Assembly (NCBI GenBank): GCA_963712745.1
Contig: CAVQJC010000018.1
Location: 1-53,285 of the forward strand
Length of the DNA: 53,285 bases
Direction of reading: 5' to 3'
Origin: an uncultured Chloroflexia bacterium
GTDB lineage: Bacteria > Chloroflexota > Limnocylindria > Limnocylindrales > CSP1-4
Shown here: positions 40,965 to 51,636 of the stretch, piece after piece
Numbering within the stretch: the first letter of the stretch is position 1
How the letters are laid out: every line of letters begins with the position of its first letter
Program-made: the position numbers and the translations under genes
The notes under the pieces: generated by a model
What the model was told of the DNA's origin: nothing
What the model saw: only the letters and a program-made list of their open reading frames with translations
Databases searched by the model: none

Positions 40965-41057
40965 TGGCCGGCCTCATCGGGCACGTCACAGAGGGCGACG
41001 GATCTCGGGCCGACGCCGGCAACAGCGGGCCCGCCGAGATGAGGCCACGCCGGCGTA

Positions 41058-42002
41058 GTGGCTGCCCCGGCCTGGTTCACGCCGCTTCCGGAAGGTCGGG
41101 CGGTGGACCAGTCTGACCTGCTTCAGTACATCAAGAGCACAGAGAAGCTGGTCATCCCGAAGGCCGTCGGGAAGTTGTATCAGCGCGCGGAGATGCTCAG
41201 CAAGCTGCCAGTGGGCGTGCAGAAGTGGATCGTTGGTCGGGCAAGCGGAAGCAGCTCGGAGATCGCGTTCGTGGTCGAGCCGTACAGCCTCTTCCTGGCC
41301 TACGAGATCGAGGATGTAGCAGAAGCCGCCAGGCAACTACCGCCTGGCTACGAGCTGGTGCCGACCGCGATGTTCGCGGATACGGCACCGACACCCTGCG
41401 CGATCATCGGCGCATTCAACGTGCACACCTCCGTGTTCTGGGGAAGCCGCGTGGAGTTCTCTCTCATCGCAGAGAACAAGCGGACGGGAATGCTGTCGTG
41501 GGTCATCTGCGATTACGAGTCGAACACCATCAGCTACGACCCCGGCCAAGGGTTCTCCGGATCGAGCACCAGCCATGCGGTGGTCACGACTTCCCATGCT
41601 GGCGATCTGATCGTCGACGTGGAGAGCGAGCACAGTCGCAATCGCATCGCAAGCGTCGCGAACCTGAACGCGGCTTCGATGCGACCGCTTGACCAGCGCC
41701 TCTGGCTTGATGGGAATCTCTCCGTGGATTACGGAGGACGGCTGCTGGATAAGGATTCCGTTCCCTTCGGTCTCGTCTTCGACCCCGGAGAAGTGGAGCA
41801 AGCCCTGCACATCCCGCTGGAAGCCGTCGAGGTCGAGAGCAACACGTTCGGGCACGGGCTCCTGGCCAGCGAGCCCTTCGAGGCATGCTGCTTTCCCTTC
41901 GCTCAGCATTACCAGACCACCAGTTTCCCCGCGTCAAGCCCTATCACGAACCGGGAGGACCTGGAAAAGGCGGTCAAGGAGATGAACTCCGGCTCGCGGT
42001 AG
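41058..42002 (+). CDS. Hypothetical protein (possible acetoacetate-decarboxylase-like fold)
   Basis: Long ORF with protein-like composition; AARQLPPGYEL pattern; start may be GTG 41103. Confidence 0.65.
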   Translation: MAAPAWFTPLPEGRAVDQSDLLQYIKSTEKLVIPKAVGKLYQRAEMLSKLPVGVQKWIVGRASGSSSEIAFVVEPYSLFLAYEIEDVAEAARQLPPGYELVPTAMFADTAPTPCAIIGAFNVHTSVFWGSRVEFSLIAENKRTGMLSWVICDYESNTISYDPGQGFSGSSTSHAVVTTSHAGDLIVDVESEHSRNRIASVANLNAASMRPLDQRLWLDGNLSVDYGGRLLDKDSVPFGLVFDPGEVEQALHIPLEAVEVESNTFGHGLLASEPFEACCFPFAQHYQTTSFPASSPITNREDLEKAVKEMNSGSR

Positions 42003-42641
42003 TCAACCCGTATCCACCGGGACTCCCGCACAGCGTTCGTGGTTCCAGACGCCTTCCCGGCTGGAGCGTACCCTGCGGCTCCGGTCGATGCCCGCCCCGC
42101 GTGCGAAACGGCAGGGCCCGACGCCTGCGTTGACCCATGACTGATCCGATGGCGGTGAAGGCGAAGGCCGCGCTGGCCGGGTAGCCCGCGAGGAGCACCG
42201 CACCAGAGGTTCGAGCGACCGATCCCGTTCGCTCGACCGACCGCGGCCTGGCTCATGCGACCATCGACGAGCTCGATCAGGTGGTCGAGCTCATGGAGCG
42301 GCTCTGGGACGGCTCGCCTGGTACGACTCCAGCCGCCGACACGCAGGGATTTCACGGGGTCTCATCGGTGCGTCTCCTCGTGAGACCGCCTGGCCAAGTG
42401 GGGAGACCAGACACACTGCTCATTCGGTGCGCGCGATGAGACCCCGTGAACTGGAGCTGCCGAGGGAAACGGACCGCTCCAGCAAGGCCGACGGTCGACC
42501 CACAAAGGCCGGCGGCGGCCGGGCGGCCGAGCCCTAACCCGAGGGACGGCGCCCGTGATGAGCGTGCCCTCCCGTGAGCGTCCCGTCATGACAATTCGTC
42601 ATCTCCACGAGGCCACCGGCCAAAGCCTGCAGCGCCACACG

Positions 42642-42747
42642 CTCGGCAGCGTCCTCACGGTCCATGTCGATCACGCTCATGTGGGGCGCCAGTCAGCCAG
42701 GATCACTTCCGCATCCAGCGAGGGTGCTTGGCCTTCACAGACCGAAG
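42642..42747 (-). pseudogene. Degenerate fragment of a paralog of the 43975-44754 response regulator
   Basis: Reads DAEVILADWRP(H)MSVIDMDREDAAE with indels, versus EAEAILAAWRPHVSVVDMDSEDSAE at 44539-44645; DNA similarity is visible. Confidence 0.7.
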
Positions 42748-43295
42748 GGCATGAGCCTCCTCATCGAAGTCCTCGATGGCGACCAGCCGCGAAGCGAGCT
42801 CGACGGCGGCGTCGGCGTCACCAGTGGCCAGCCGGGCCGTCGCCGACTCTCGCAGGACGGAGGCGCTGATGCCTGCGAACCGTCGCCGTTCGGCGAGGAG
42901 CCACGTCTCGAAGGCGGGGCTGCCTGGGATATCGATGCCTTCGAGGAGCTCGTGTCCCAGGCCTGGGACCGCGACAGCAGCCGCCACGTCAGCACCGCCA
43001 AGGACGACGACGTCGACGACGCTGTCGTCGGGCAGCTTGACCGTCAGTGGTTCGCCGCCCAGCGCGACAGGGTCGCCCAGCGTCCGCCGCAGCTGTGCCA
43101 GGTTCCAGCGCAAGGTACCGAGCGGGTCCGCGGCCTCGTCGAACAGCAGGTCGCCACCCGCTCTCGCGACGGCGCTCGCGGCGTGAGCAACAGGTAATCG
43201 AGGAGCGCCCAGGCCTTGCGACCGCGTGGCGACGGGGCCGGCCGGCCGTCGATCTTCACGCTCGGGTTGCCCAGCAGGTCGATGGTGACACTCAT
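42703..43295 (-). pseudogene. Truncated, frameshifted SARP/BTAD transcriptional activator
   Basis: IDLLG..PRGRKAWALL.YLLL..SRERVA, shift near 43150, LRWNLAQLRR..FETWLLAERRR..DEEAHAL, then abrupt loss of homology. Confidence 0.75.
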
Positions 43296-43541
43296 GACAT
43301 CGACAGCCTGACCCTGCGGTCGTCGGATGACATCCGGTCCGGGCCGATCAGAAGGGTGGCTCGGGGCGGCGGTCGTGCGGGTATCCCACGCTCGGACCCA
43401 GCTGACCTCGGATGGCGATGCGGACCAGGGCGGACTGCACGCGCCTGCCTTGCCGCCGGGCGCCGACCACGACACCAGCACCCATCGACCCGATGGAGCG
43501 CCGCTGTCGCAGGGCCTGGGTCCACCTTGAAGCGGCGGTCA

Positions 43542-43736
43542 TCAGTTCGTCCCCAGCCCGAGAGCGGCGCGACGTAGCAGGGCGTGAAGACTCACGCGCC
43601 CGAAGCGCAGGGGCGGGGCAGACCCTGAGTCTTGGCGCCCGGCCTTGATGGAGGCCGGGAGTCGATCACGATCGGCATCGTCCCGCAGGTTGGCAATGCG
43701 GGCCTCGGCTAGAACCCTCATATGGTGGTCGTGCAT
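43542..43736 (-). CDS. Small hypothetical protein (64 aa)
   Basis: RBS GGAGAG; MHDHHMRVLAEARIANLRDDADRDRL; upstream direct repeats. Confidence 0.5.
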   Translation of the reverse strand: MHDHHMRVLAEARIANLRDDADRDRLPASIKAGRQDSGSAPPLRFGRVSLHALLRRAALGLGTN

Positions 43737-43775
43737 CGGTCTCTCCGGTCCTGCGAGCGACGGGGGTGTGCTCGA

Positions 43776-43819
43776 TGTGACGCACGATGGCGTGGCTCCG
43801 TGTGACGCTGCGTGTGACG
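43776..43819. repeat. Three TGTGACG direct repeats, candidate winged-helix regulator site
   Basis: Copies at 43776, 43801 and 43813. Confidence 0.5.
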
Positions 43820-43974
43820 GGAAACCCTGACGGAACCGCGATCCAAAGCGTCATCGTCTGCAGGAGATCGACGGGTTCATGAGGACGCGCCGTTCCACCC
43901 GCAGGCCCAGCGAGCAACGTCGGTGTCGCTCAGGCAGCGACCGCCCAAGACCCGCGCGGCAGTCGATCGGCGGC

Positions 43975-44754
43975 TCACTGGGGCTGGTCTTCGGACCCCT
44001 GCTCGGTAGCCCAGCCCTGGTTCGAGAAGGTGGGGATGAACCGATAGCCCTTGCCAGGGACCGTGGAGATGAAACGCGGATGCCGATAGTCGTTTTGCAG
44101 CTTGATGCGCAGGCTGCGGATATGGCGATCGACGATGTTGCTCTCGGACAGGAAGTCGGTGCCCCAGACCGCATCGAGGATCTCGTCCCGGGTCACCACG
44201 CTACCGGCGCGACTCGCGAGCAGGTACATCAGGCTCTGCTCGATGCCGGTGAGGTGGATGACCGAGTCACCAGCGCGCACGACGCGATGGACGATGTCGA
44301 GCTCGACCTCACCGAGCCTGATCGTCGGTACGATGGGCAGGTCGGTCCCCGACGCGCGGCGGCCGATGACGATGGAACGCGCCAGCAGCTCCTCGGGCGA
44401 GAACGGCACTGTCAGGATGTCGTCGACCCCGAGCTCGAAGGCCTTGAGCTTCGTCTTGAGGTCGCCGCGTCGCGTGAGGCCCAGGACCGGCGTCCGACTC
44501 TGCCGCATGCTGTTCGAGGCGCCGAGCCGCAACATCAGCTCGGCGCTGTCCTCGCTGTCCATGTCGACCACGCTCACATGGGGACGCCAGGCGGCGAGGA
44601 TCGCCTCCGCCTCCGCCAGGTTGCTCGTCGCCCGCACCACGAAGAGGCCGTGGTTGAGGGTCAGCTCGATGAGGTCGACGACCAGAGGGCGGTCGTAGAA
44701 GACCAGGGCACGGCGCGCCGCGGGGTCGACCGCATCCAGGTTCGTTTCGGTCAC
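43975..44754 (-). CDS. OmpR-family response regulator, atypical receiver, orphan
   Basis: VVDMD, DDILTVPFSPEELLAR, wHTH VVTRDEIL..VWG..VDRHIRSLRIKL, TVPGKGYRF. Confidence 0.9.
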   Translation of the reverse strand: MTETNLDAVDPAARRALVFYDRPLVVDLIELTLNHGLFVVRATSNLAEAEAILAAWRPHVSVVDMDSEDSAELMLRLGASNSMRQSRTPVLGLTRRGDLKTKLKAFELGVDDILTVPFSPEELLARSIVIGRRASGTDLPIVPTIRLGEVELDIVHRVVRAGDSVIHLTGIEQSLMYLLASRAGSVVTRDEILDAVWGTDFLSESNIVDRHIRSLRIKLQNDYRHPRFISTVPGKGYRFIPTFSNQGWATEQGSEDQPQ

Positions 44755-45029
44755 GGCGCGGATCCCTCACGGTGCATCGGAGACACACATGATTCTAGCG
44801 TGGCGTGTCGCGGTGCAGTTTGAGCGCACGATCGGCTCCCGCGGCCGGCACCTGGTGCGGACCGGCAGGCAGGGGATGACCATCGGCCTGGATCGCCGTG
44901 GTGTGGTGCCTGGGCAACGTTTGCGGTACGTATTCCGATTCAGACCTTGGGTCTGAGCGTCGCCACGGCCACGAGGTCACCCGCGATGCGTACCCATCCC
45001 TCATCGGCGGGAGCCCATCCCTGGGACAG

Positions 45030-45064
45030 CACGAAGCCCGAGCGTGGTTGGCGCGGGCTTCGTG
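45030..45064 (-). terminator. Hairpin downstream of groEL
   Basis: 11-bp perfect stem CACGAAGCCCG / CGGGCTTCGTG, 20 nt past the stop. Confidence 0.6.
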
Positions 45065-45083
45065 GCTTGGCCGAGTGACCGGA

Positions 45084-46793
<1,710 letters not shown>

Positions 46794-47171
46794 TCAGCCC
46801 TCGACGACGGCGAAGATGTCCTTCTGGCTGACGATGAGGAGATCCTCGTCGTCGATCTTGAACTCGGTGCCGGCGTACTTGGCATAGAGGACCTTGTCCC
46901 CGACCTTGACGTCCATCGGCTCGCGGTCGCCATCGTCATTCAGCCGACCGGGCCCGGCGGCGATGATCTCGCCCTCCTGGGGCTTCTCCTTGGCCGTGTC
47001 CGGCAGGACGATGCCGCTCTTGGTCATCTCCTCGCGCGGGGTGGGCCTGATGACGACGCGATCGCCCAGGGGCCGCATGCTCGTGCGCGGGACGGACGCC
47101 TGCGTCGACTTGGAGGGAGCCCGAGTAGGGCTGGGATCCGTGGCCTGCACGGGCGCGCTCGAAGTAGTCAT
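46794..47171 (-). CDS. groS: Co-chaperonin GroES
   Basis: PLGDRVVI, SGIVLPDTAKEKPQEG, VKVGDKVLYAKYAGTE; RBS AAGGGG. Confidence 0.96.
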   Translation of the reverse strand: MTTSSAPVQATDPSPTRAPSKSTQASVPRTSMRPLGDRVVIRPTPREEMTKSGIVLPDTAKEKPQEGEIIAAGPGRLNDDGDREPMDVKVGDKVLYAKYAGTEFKIDDEDLLIVSQKDIFAVVEG

Positions 47172-47256
47172 CACTTCCCCTTGTCGGTGCGGACATCCGG
47201 GGGAGCGGAGCGTGGGTGCCACCGCCGGTAGAGTCTCCGGCCACTGCCGTCCTTGC

Positions 47257-47309
47257 AGTGTGCACCACGATGATGGTAATGTCAACTGTAGTTGTGGTAC
47301 ACCAACTGT
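47257..47309. promoter_or_regulatory. groES promoter (TTGACA-N17-CACACT, minus strand) overlapped by CAACT/AGTTG repeats
   Basis: -35 at 47285-47280; inverted repeats CAACTgtAGTTG (47283-47294) and AGTTG-N8-CAACT (47290-47307); CAACTGT occurs twice. Confidence 0.55.
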
Positions 47310-47323
47310 GTGAAAGGAGCGCG

Positions 47324-47683
47324 ATGGGAGTCTCGATCGGATCGGTCCTGAGACAGGCCCGTGAGGTGCGCGGACGCACGTCCGTCGAGACCGCGCGCAG
47401 CGCCAGGATCTCCTCGGCCTATCTGAGCAAGCTCGAGAACGATGCCGTGAAGCGTCCCTCGCCCGAGGTCCTCCATCGGCTCAGCAAGGTCCTCGATGTG
47501 CCCTACGCGGAGCTCATGGCGCTCGTCGGCCACCCGCTACCGAGCGTCGACGCGTCTCCCGACCACGCTCGCCTCGGCGAGGCGTTGTTCGCCGATCTCA
47601 CCGACGACGAGCGAGATGAGCTCATCGAGTACCTGGCCTGGTATCGAACGAGGAAGCGGTCGATGCGCGCGGGCGAGTCGTGA
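47324..47683 (+). CDS. XRE-family HTH regulator
   Basis: LRQARE..ISSAYLSKLEND..PS..L..LSKVL; RBS AAAGGAG. Confidence 0.88.
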   Translation: MGVSIGSVLRQAREVRGRTSVETARSARISSAYLSKLENDAVKRPSPEVLHRLSKVLDVPYAELMALVGHPLPSVDASPDHARLGEALFADLTDDERDELIEYLAWYRTRKRSMRAGES

Positions 47684-47757
47684 GGTAGGCAGCGAGGTTC
47701 ATGCCCGCGGCGCAGGGCCTGATGTCCAAGGTCCTCGAGCAGTGACGAAGCCTGACG

Positions 47758-47913
47758 CTATGAGCACAAGCCAGCAGCAGGGCCTGGCAGCAGCGGTCGG
47801 CCGGCCTTGCGGGCCAACTCCAGTACGGTCTCCGGCCGTCCCGTGCCCGCTACGTGACAATGGAGTTCCACCTTGGGAGTCCGATCGAACTCGTCCGTGC
47901 TCTGCGTGGTCAT
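47758..47913 (-). pseudogene. N-terminal remnant of adenosine deaminase
   Basis: PKVELHCHVAGT.RPETVLELARK followed by an early stop. Confidence 0.65.
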
Positions 47914-48008
47914 CGCTCGGCCCCCCGCTGTTGAGAACGGCAGGTCGGCTCTCGGTCGTATGCATCGCTGGCGCGATTGACAAAGCCGGTGATCGGGCGC
48001 ACCGTGAA

Positions 48009-48105
48009 GGTCGCAGAGGAGGCCGAGCTTCGCCAGGTCGTTGAAGACCCGGAGCCCACGACGCGCCGCCCTGCTTGGCCGTGGTTGACCTTCGTCTGCT
48101 TGACC
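48009..48105 (+). ncRNA. Candidate structured 5' leader RNA (three-way junction)
   Basis: Lies just after TTGACA-N17-CACCGT (47977-48005). Outer stem 48009-48026/48085-48105; inner hairpins CTTC/GAAG and CCACG/CGTGG. Confidence 0.4.
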
Positions 48106-48202
48106 GCGGTGGAACATGGTCTCGCGACAGGTCGGAAGTCGAAGCATCGATCCGTTGTCGGCCCCGAGCCCGCGCGGTGTGCGGGACGTTAGAAGGGCTT
48201 CA

Positions 48203-49375
48203 GTGGCACGTATCGCGCTTGTCTCCACCTACCCACCGCGGCGCTGTGGCATCGCCTCGTTCACCTCCGACCTCGGCCGGGCCATCGGGGACCACGAGAT
48301 CGTCGCCCTCAGCGGCCCTGACGACACCATCGCGACGGACCACCCGGTCCACCACATCATCCGAACCGGCGTTCGTTCCGACTATGCGCGAGCGGCTCGC
48401 TCGCTCGGCGACTGCGGTGTCAGCGTCGTGTCCGTGCAGCACGAGTACGGCATCTGGGGTGCCAACGACGGCGAAGGCGTCCTCGACTTCCTGGCCGCGC
48501 TGTCCGTGCCGGCCGTGGCCACGCTGCACACCGTGCTGCGCCACCCGACGGTCGGGCAGCGGCGGGTCATGCAAGGCGTTCTCGATGCCACCGCAGCCGT
48601 GGTCGTGATGTCGAAGGCCGCGGCCACCATCCTGGTCGACCGCTACGGCGCCGACCCGGGCCACGTGGAGATCATCCCCCATGGCGTACCCGATCTGCCG
48701 TTCGTGGAACCCGATACGGTCAAGGCCAGCCTCGGACTGGACGGCCACGATGTCCTGTTGAGCTTCGGCCTGGTCGGGCCGAGCAAGGGCTACGAGTCGG
48801 TGATCGAGGCCATGCCGGACGTCGTGCGGGCGGTACCCAACGCCCGCTACGTGATCCTTGGGGCGACCCATCCTCAGCTGCAGCGGACCGAAGGCGAACG
48901 CTACCGGCTGAGCCTCGAGAAGCTGGCCGCCGATCTGGGCATGACCGAGCATGTGATGTTCGTCGACCGGTTCGTGAGCCAGCACGAGCTGGGCCGATGG
49001 CTCGAGGCAGCAGACGTGTTCGTGACGCCATATCCGAACCTCGACCAGATCGTCTCCGGCACGCTCTCCTATGCCATGGCAGCTGGCAAGGCATCGGTCT
49101 CCACCCCGTACCTGTATGCTTCCGAGATCCTCGCCGACGGGCGCGGTCGACTGGTGCCACCACAGACGCCTGAGGCCATGAGCCGGGCACTGGTCGAGCT
49201 CCTGCAGGACCACGGTCTTCGTGCCGCGATGGCACGACGCGCCTACCACTATGGTCGCGCGATGGTCTGGTCCCAGGTGGCGAGGGATTACGAACGGCTC
49301 TTCACGGGGCTCTGGACGGTGCCGCGAGAGGTGGCGGTCCTGGACGTCTCGACAGGGTCGGTGTCCGTTGCCTGA
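48203..49375 (+). CDS. GT4 glycosyltransferase
   Basis: STYPPRRCGIASF, QHEYGIWG, IPHG, SFGL..KG, TPYPNLDQIVSGTLSYA. Confidence 0.9.
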   Translation: MARIALVSTYPPRRCGIASFTSDLGRAIGDHEIVALSGPDDTIATDHPVHHIIRTGVRSDYARAARSLGDCGVSVVSVQHEYGIWGANDGEGVLDFLAALSVPAVATLHTVLRHPTVGQRRVMQGVLDATAAVVVMSKAAATILVDRYGADPGHVEIIPHGVPDLPFVEPDTVKASLGLDGHDVLLSFGLVGPSKGYESVIEAMPDVVRAVPNARYVILGATHPQLQRTEGERYRLSLEKLAADLGMTEHVMFVDRFVSQHELGRWLEAADVFVTPYPNLDQIVSGTLSYAMAAGKASVSTPYLYASEILADGRGRLVPPQTPEAMSRALVELLQDHGLRAAMARRAYHYGRAMVWSQVARDYERLFTGLWTVPREVAVLDVSTGSVSVA

Positions 49376-50468
49376 GCTGTTCCCACTCTTCGCGGTGAAT
49401 TGCCGACACCTCGAGAGACTGACCACCGGGATCGGCATCATGCAGCACGCGCAAGGGCCTCGACCGGATCCGGGTCATGGCTACTGCACCGACGACGTGG
49501 CCCGGGCCCTGCTGGTCGACCTGCTCCATGGGCGAGAACTCGGCTGGCCGGCCGTCGAGACGAGTGCCGCCCGGAACGTGACTTTCCTGGCTGAGGCCTT
49601 CGAGCGTTCAAGCGGGCGTTTCCGCAATCTGAGGCGATCGGACGGTGCGTGGCTGGACGTCCCCGGTTCGGAAGACGCCAACGCACGTGCGCTTCACGCA
49701 CTGGGCGAGGTCATCGGTTCGACACTCGCGGGTCCGGCGCGCCGGGAAGCCACCACGCTGTTCGTGGACGCGCTCCCGACCGCGAGCCGAGTCAGGTCGC
49801 TGCGGCCGCGCGCGACCGTGATCCTGGCTTGTGACGCCGCGGTTCGCGCAGGCATGATCGGCGAGGTCAACGACGTCTACCAACGGGTGGCGGACGATCT
49901 GTGGCGGACATTCGCCCACCGCGAATCGGATGCTGCCTGGCCCTGGCCGGAGTCGATCGTCACGTATGAGAACGAGCTTCCGGCACAGGCGCTGATCGTC
50001 GCCGGCCGCTGGCTCGATCGACCGCGCATGATCCAGGCCGGACTGCGCGTCCTCGACTGGCTCATCGATGCACAATCGAGCGCTGGGGGGTACTTGCGGA
50101 CCGTCGGCAACGCAGGCTGGTGGCCGCGAGGAGGCCATGCGGCTCGCTTCGATCAGCAACCCATCTCCACCACGACGCTGCTGCTCGCGGCCGAGACCGC
50201 GTTCGAGGAGACGGGCGCACCGCGCTACCGCGAGGCCATGGAATCCGCCTATGGCTGGTTCCTGGGTCGCAATGATGCCGACGCTCCCGTCGCCGACCCG
50301 ACCTGCGGTGCGGGTGCCGACGGTGTCGGTCCGGCCGGTGTCAGCCGGAACCAGGGGGCGGAATCGACGCTCATGTGGCTCATCGCCCTTGAGCACATGC
50401 GCGGCCTGCGGGCTCGAAGCGAGGGGCCGGACGTGATCCCGGGTCATGCCCTCGCAAGCAGCGCGTGA
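49368..50468 (+). CDS. GT4-associated six-hairpin glycosidase-like protein
   Basis: HLERLT..GIMQHA, GYCTDDVARAL, WPWPE..TYEN, FDQQP, WFLGRN, NQGAES. Confidence 0.8.
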   Translation: MPELFPLFAVNCRHLERLTTGIGIMQHAQGPRPDPGHGYCTDDVARALLVDLLHGRELGWPAVETSAARNVTFLAEAFERSSGRFRNLRRSDGAWLDVPGSEDANARALHALGEVIGSTLAGPARREATTLFVDALPTASRVRSLRPRATVILACDAAVRAGMIGEVNDVYQRVADDLWRTFAHRESDAAWPWPESIVTYENELPAQALIVAGRWLDRPRMIQAGLRVLDWLIDAQSSAGGYLRTVGNAGWWPRGGHAARFDQQPISTTTLLLAAETAFEETGAPRYREAMESAYGWFLGRNDADAPVADPTCGAGADGVGPAGVSRNQGAESTLMWLIALEHMRGLRARSEGPDVIPGHALASSA

Positions 50469-50548
50469 CGGCGGCGGGCCGAGAGAGGCCGCGATCACCT
50501 CAGCGATAGGGCAGGTACGAGGTGTGGCAGTCAGACCGGGAGGCAGCC

Positions 50549-51604
50549 ATGGCTGACCCGCTGCGCGTGGCCATGCTCGCGCCGATCTCGTGGCGGGTAC
50601 CGCCACGTCACTACGGTCCCTGGGAACAGTTCGTGTCCCTCCTGACAGAGGGCCTCGTCAGGCGCGGTGTCGATGTCACGCTGTTTGCCACCGCGGACTC
50701 GGTGACCAGTGCCCACCTCAGCGCCTGCGTTCCCCGCGGGTACTCCGAGGATCAGTCGCTGGACCCCAAGGTCTGCGAGAGCCTGCACATCTCAGCGCTC
50801 TTCGAGCGGGCGGACGAATTCGACATCATCCACAACAGCTTCGACTTCCTGCCGCTCACCTACAGCGGCCTGGTCCAGACGCCCGTGCTCACGACCGTCC
50901 ATGGTTTCTCATCCGAACGCATCGTGGCCGTCTATGAGAAGTACGACGAGCGGGCCTATTACGTCGCCATCAGCGAGGCCGACCGGCACGAGCGGCTTCA
51001 CTACGTCGCCACCATCCACCACGGCATCGACATGGCCGCATTCGAGGCACGTCAGGAGCCAGGCACCTATCTGCTCTTCTTCGGCCGGATCCACCCCGAC
51101 AAGGGCACTGAGGAGGCCATCGACGTCGCGGAGCGAGTCGGCCTGCCGCTGATCATCGCGGGCATCATCCAGGATCGCGAGTACTTCGTTCGATCGGTGG
51201 AGCCGCGGCTGGATGGGGAGCGCGTCAGGTACGTCGGGCCGGTGGGGCCGGAGGCTCGAGGCGATCTGCTCGGCGGGGCCAGGGCGCTGCTGCACCTCAT
51301 CGAATTCGAAGAGCCCTTCGGATACAGCGTCGTCGAGGCCATGGCCTGCGGCACACCGGTCATCGCCAACGCCCGGGGATCGATGCCGGAGATCGTCCGC
51401 CACGGCGAGAGCGGGTACCTGGTCCACAGCCTCGACGAAGCGGTGGCCGCCGTTCACGCCGCAGGCGACATCGATCGCCTGGCGGTGCGCGCATCGGTCG
51501 AGCGGCGCTTCGACGTGGAGCGGATGGTGGACGAGTACCTCGAGGTCTATCGACGTGTCATCGGACAGTGGCAAGCGGGAGGGCGCAAGCTCGGCGCCGA
51601 CTGA
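50549..51604 (+). CDS. GT4 glycosyltransferase
   Basis: VPPRHYGPWE, GRIHPDKG, EPFGYSVVEAMACGTPV. Confidence 0.92.
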   Translation: MADPLRVAMLAPISWRVPPRHYGPWEQFVSLLTEGLVRRGVDVTLFATADSVTSAHLSACVPRGYSEDQSLDPKVCESLHISALFERADEFDIIHNSFDFLPLTYSGLVQTPVLTTVHGFSSERIVAVYEKYDERAYYVAISEADRHERLHYVATIHHGIDMAAFEARQEPGTYLLFFGRIHPDKGTEEAIDVAERVGLPLIIAGIIQDREYFVRSVEPRLDGERVRYVGPVGPEARGDLLGGARALLHLIEFEEPFGYSVVEAMACGTPVIANARGSMPEIVRHGESGYLVHSLDEAVAAVHAAGDIDRLAVRASVERRFDVERMVDEYLEVYRRVIGQWQAGGRKLGAD

Positions 51605-51636
51605 CCCGCGGAGCTGCGCAGGCGGTGGCGCGGCGG

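Noticed and set aside
41909-42600. Short ORFs between the hypothetical gene and the SARP remnant
   Set aside because: No recognisable motifs or consistent coding signal.
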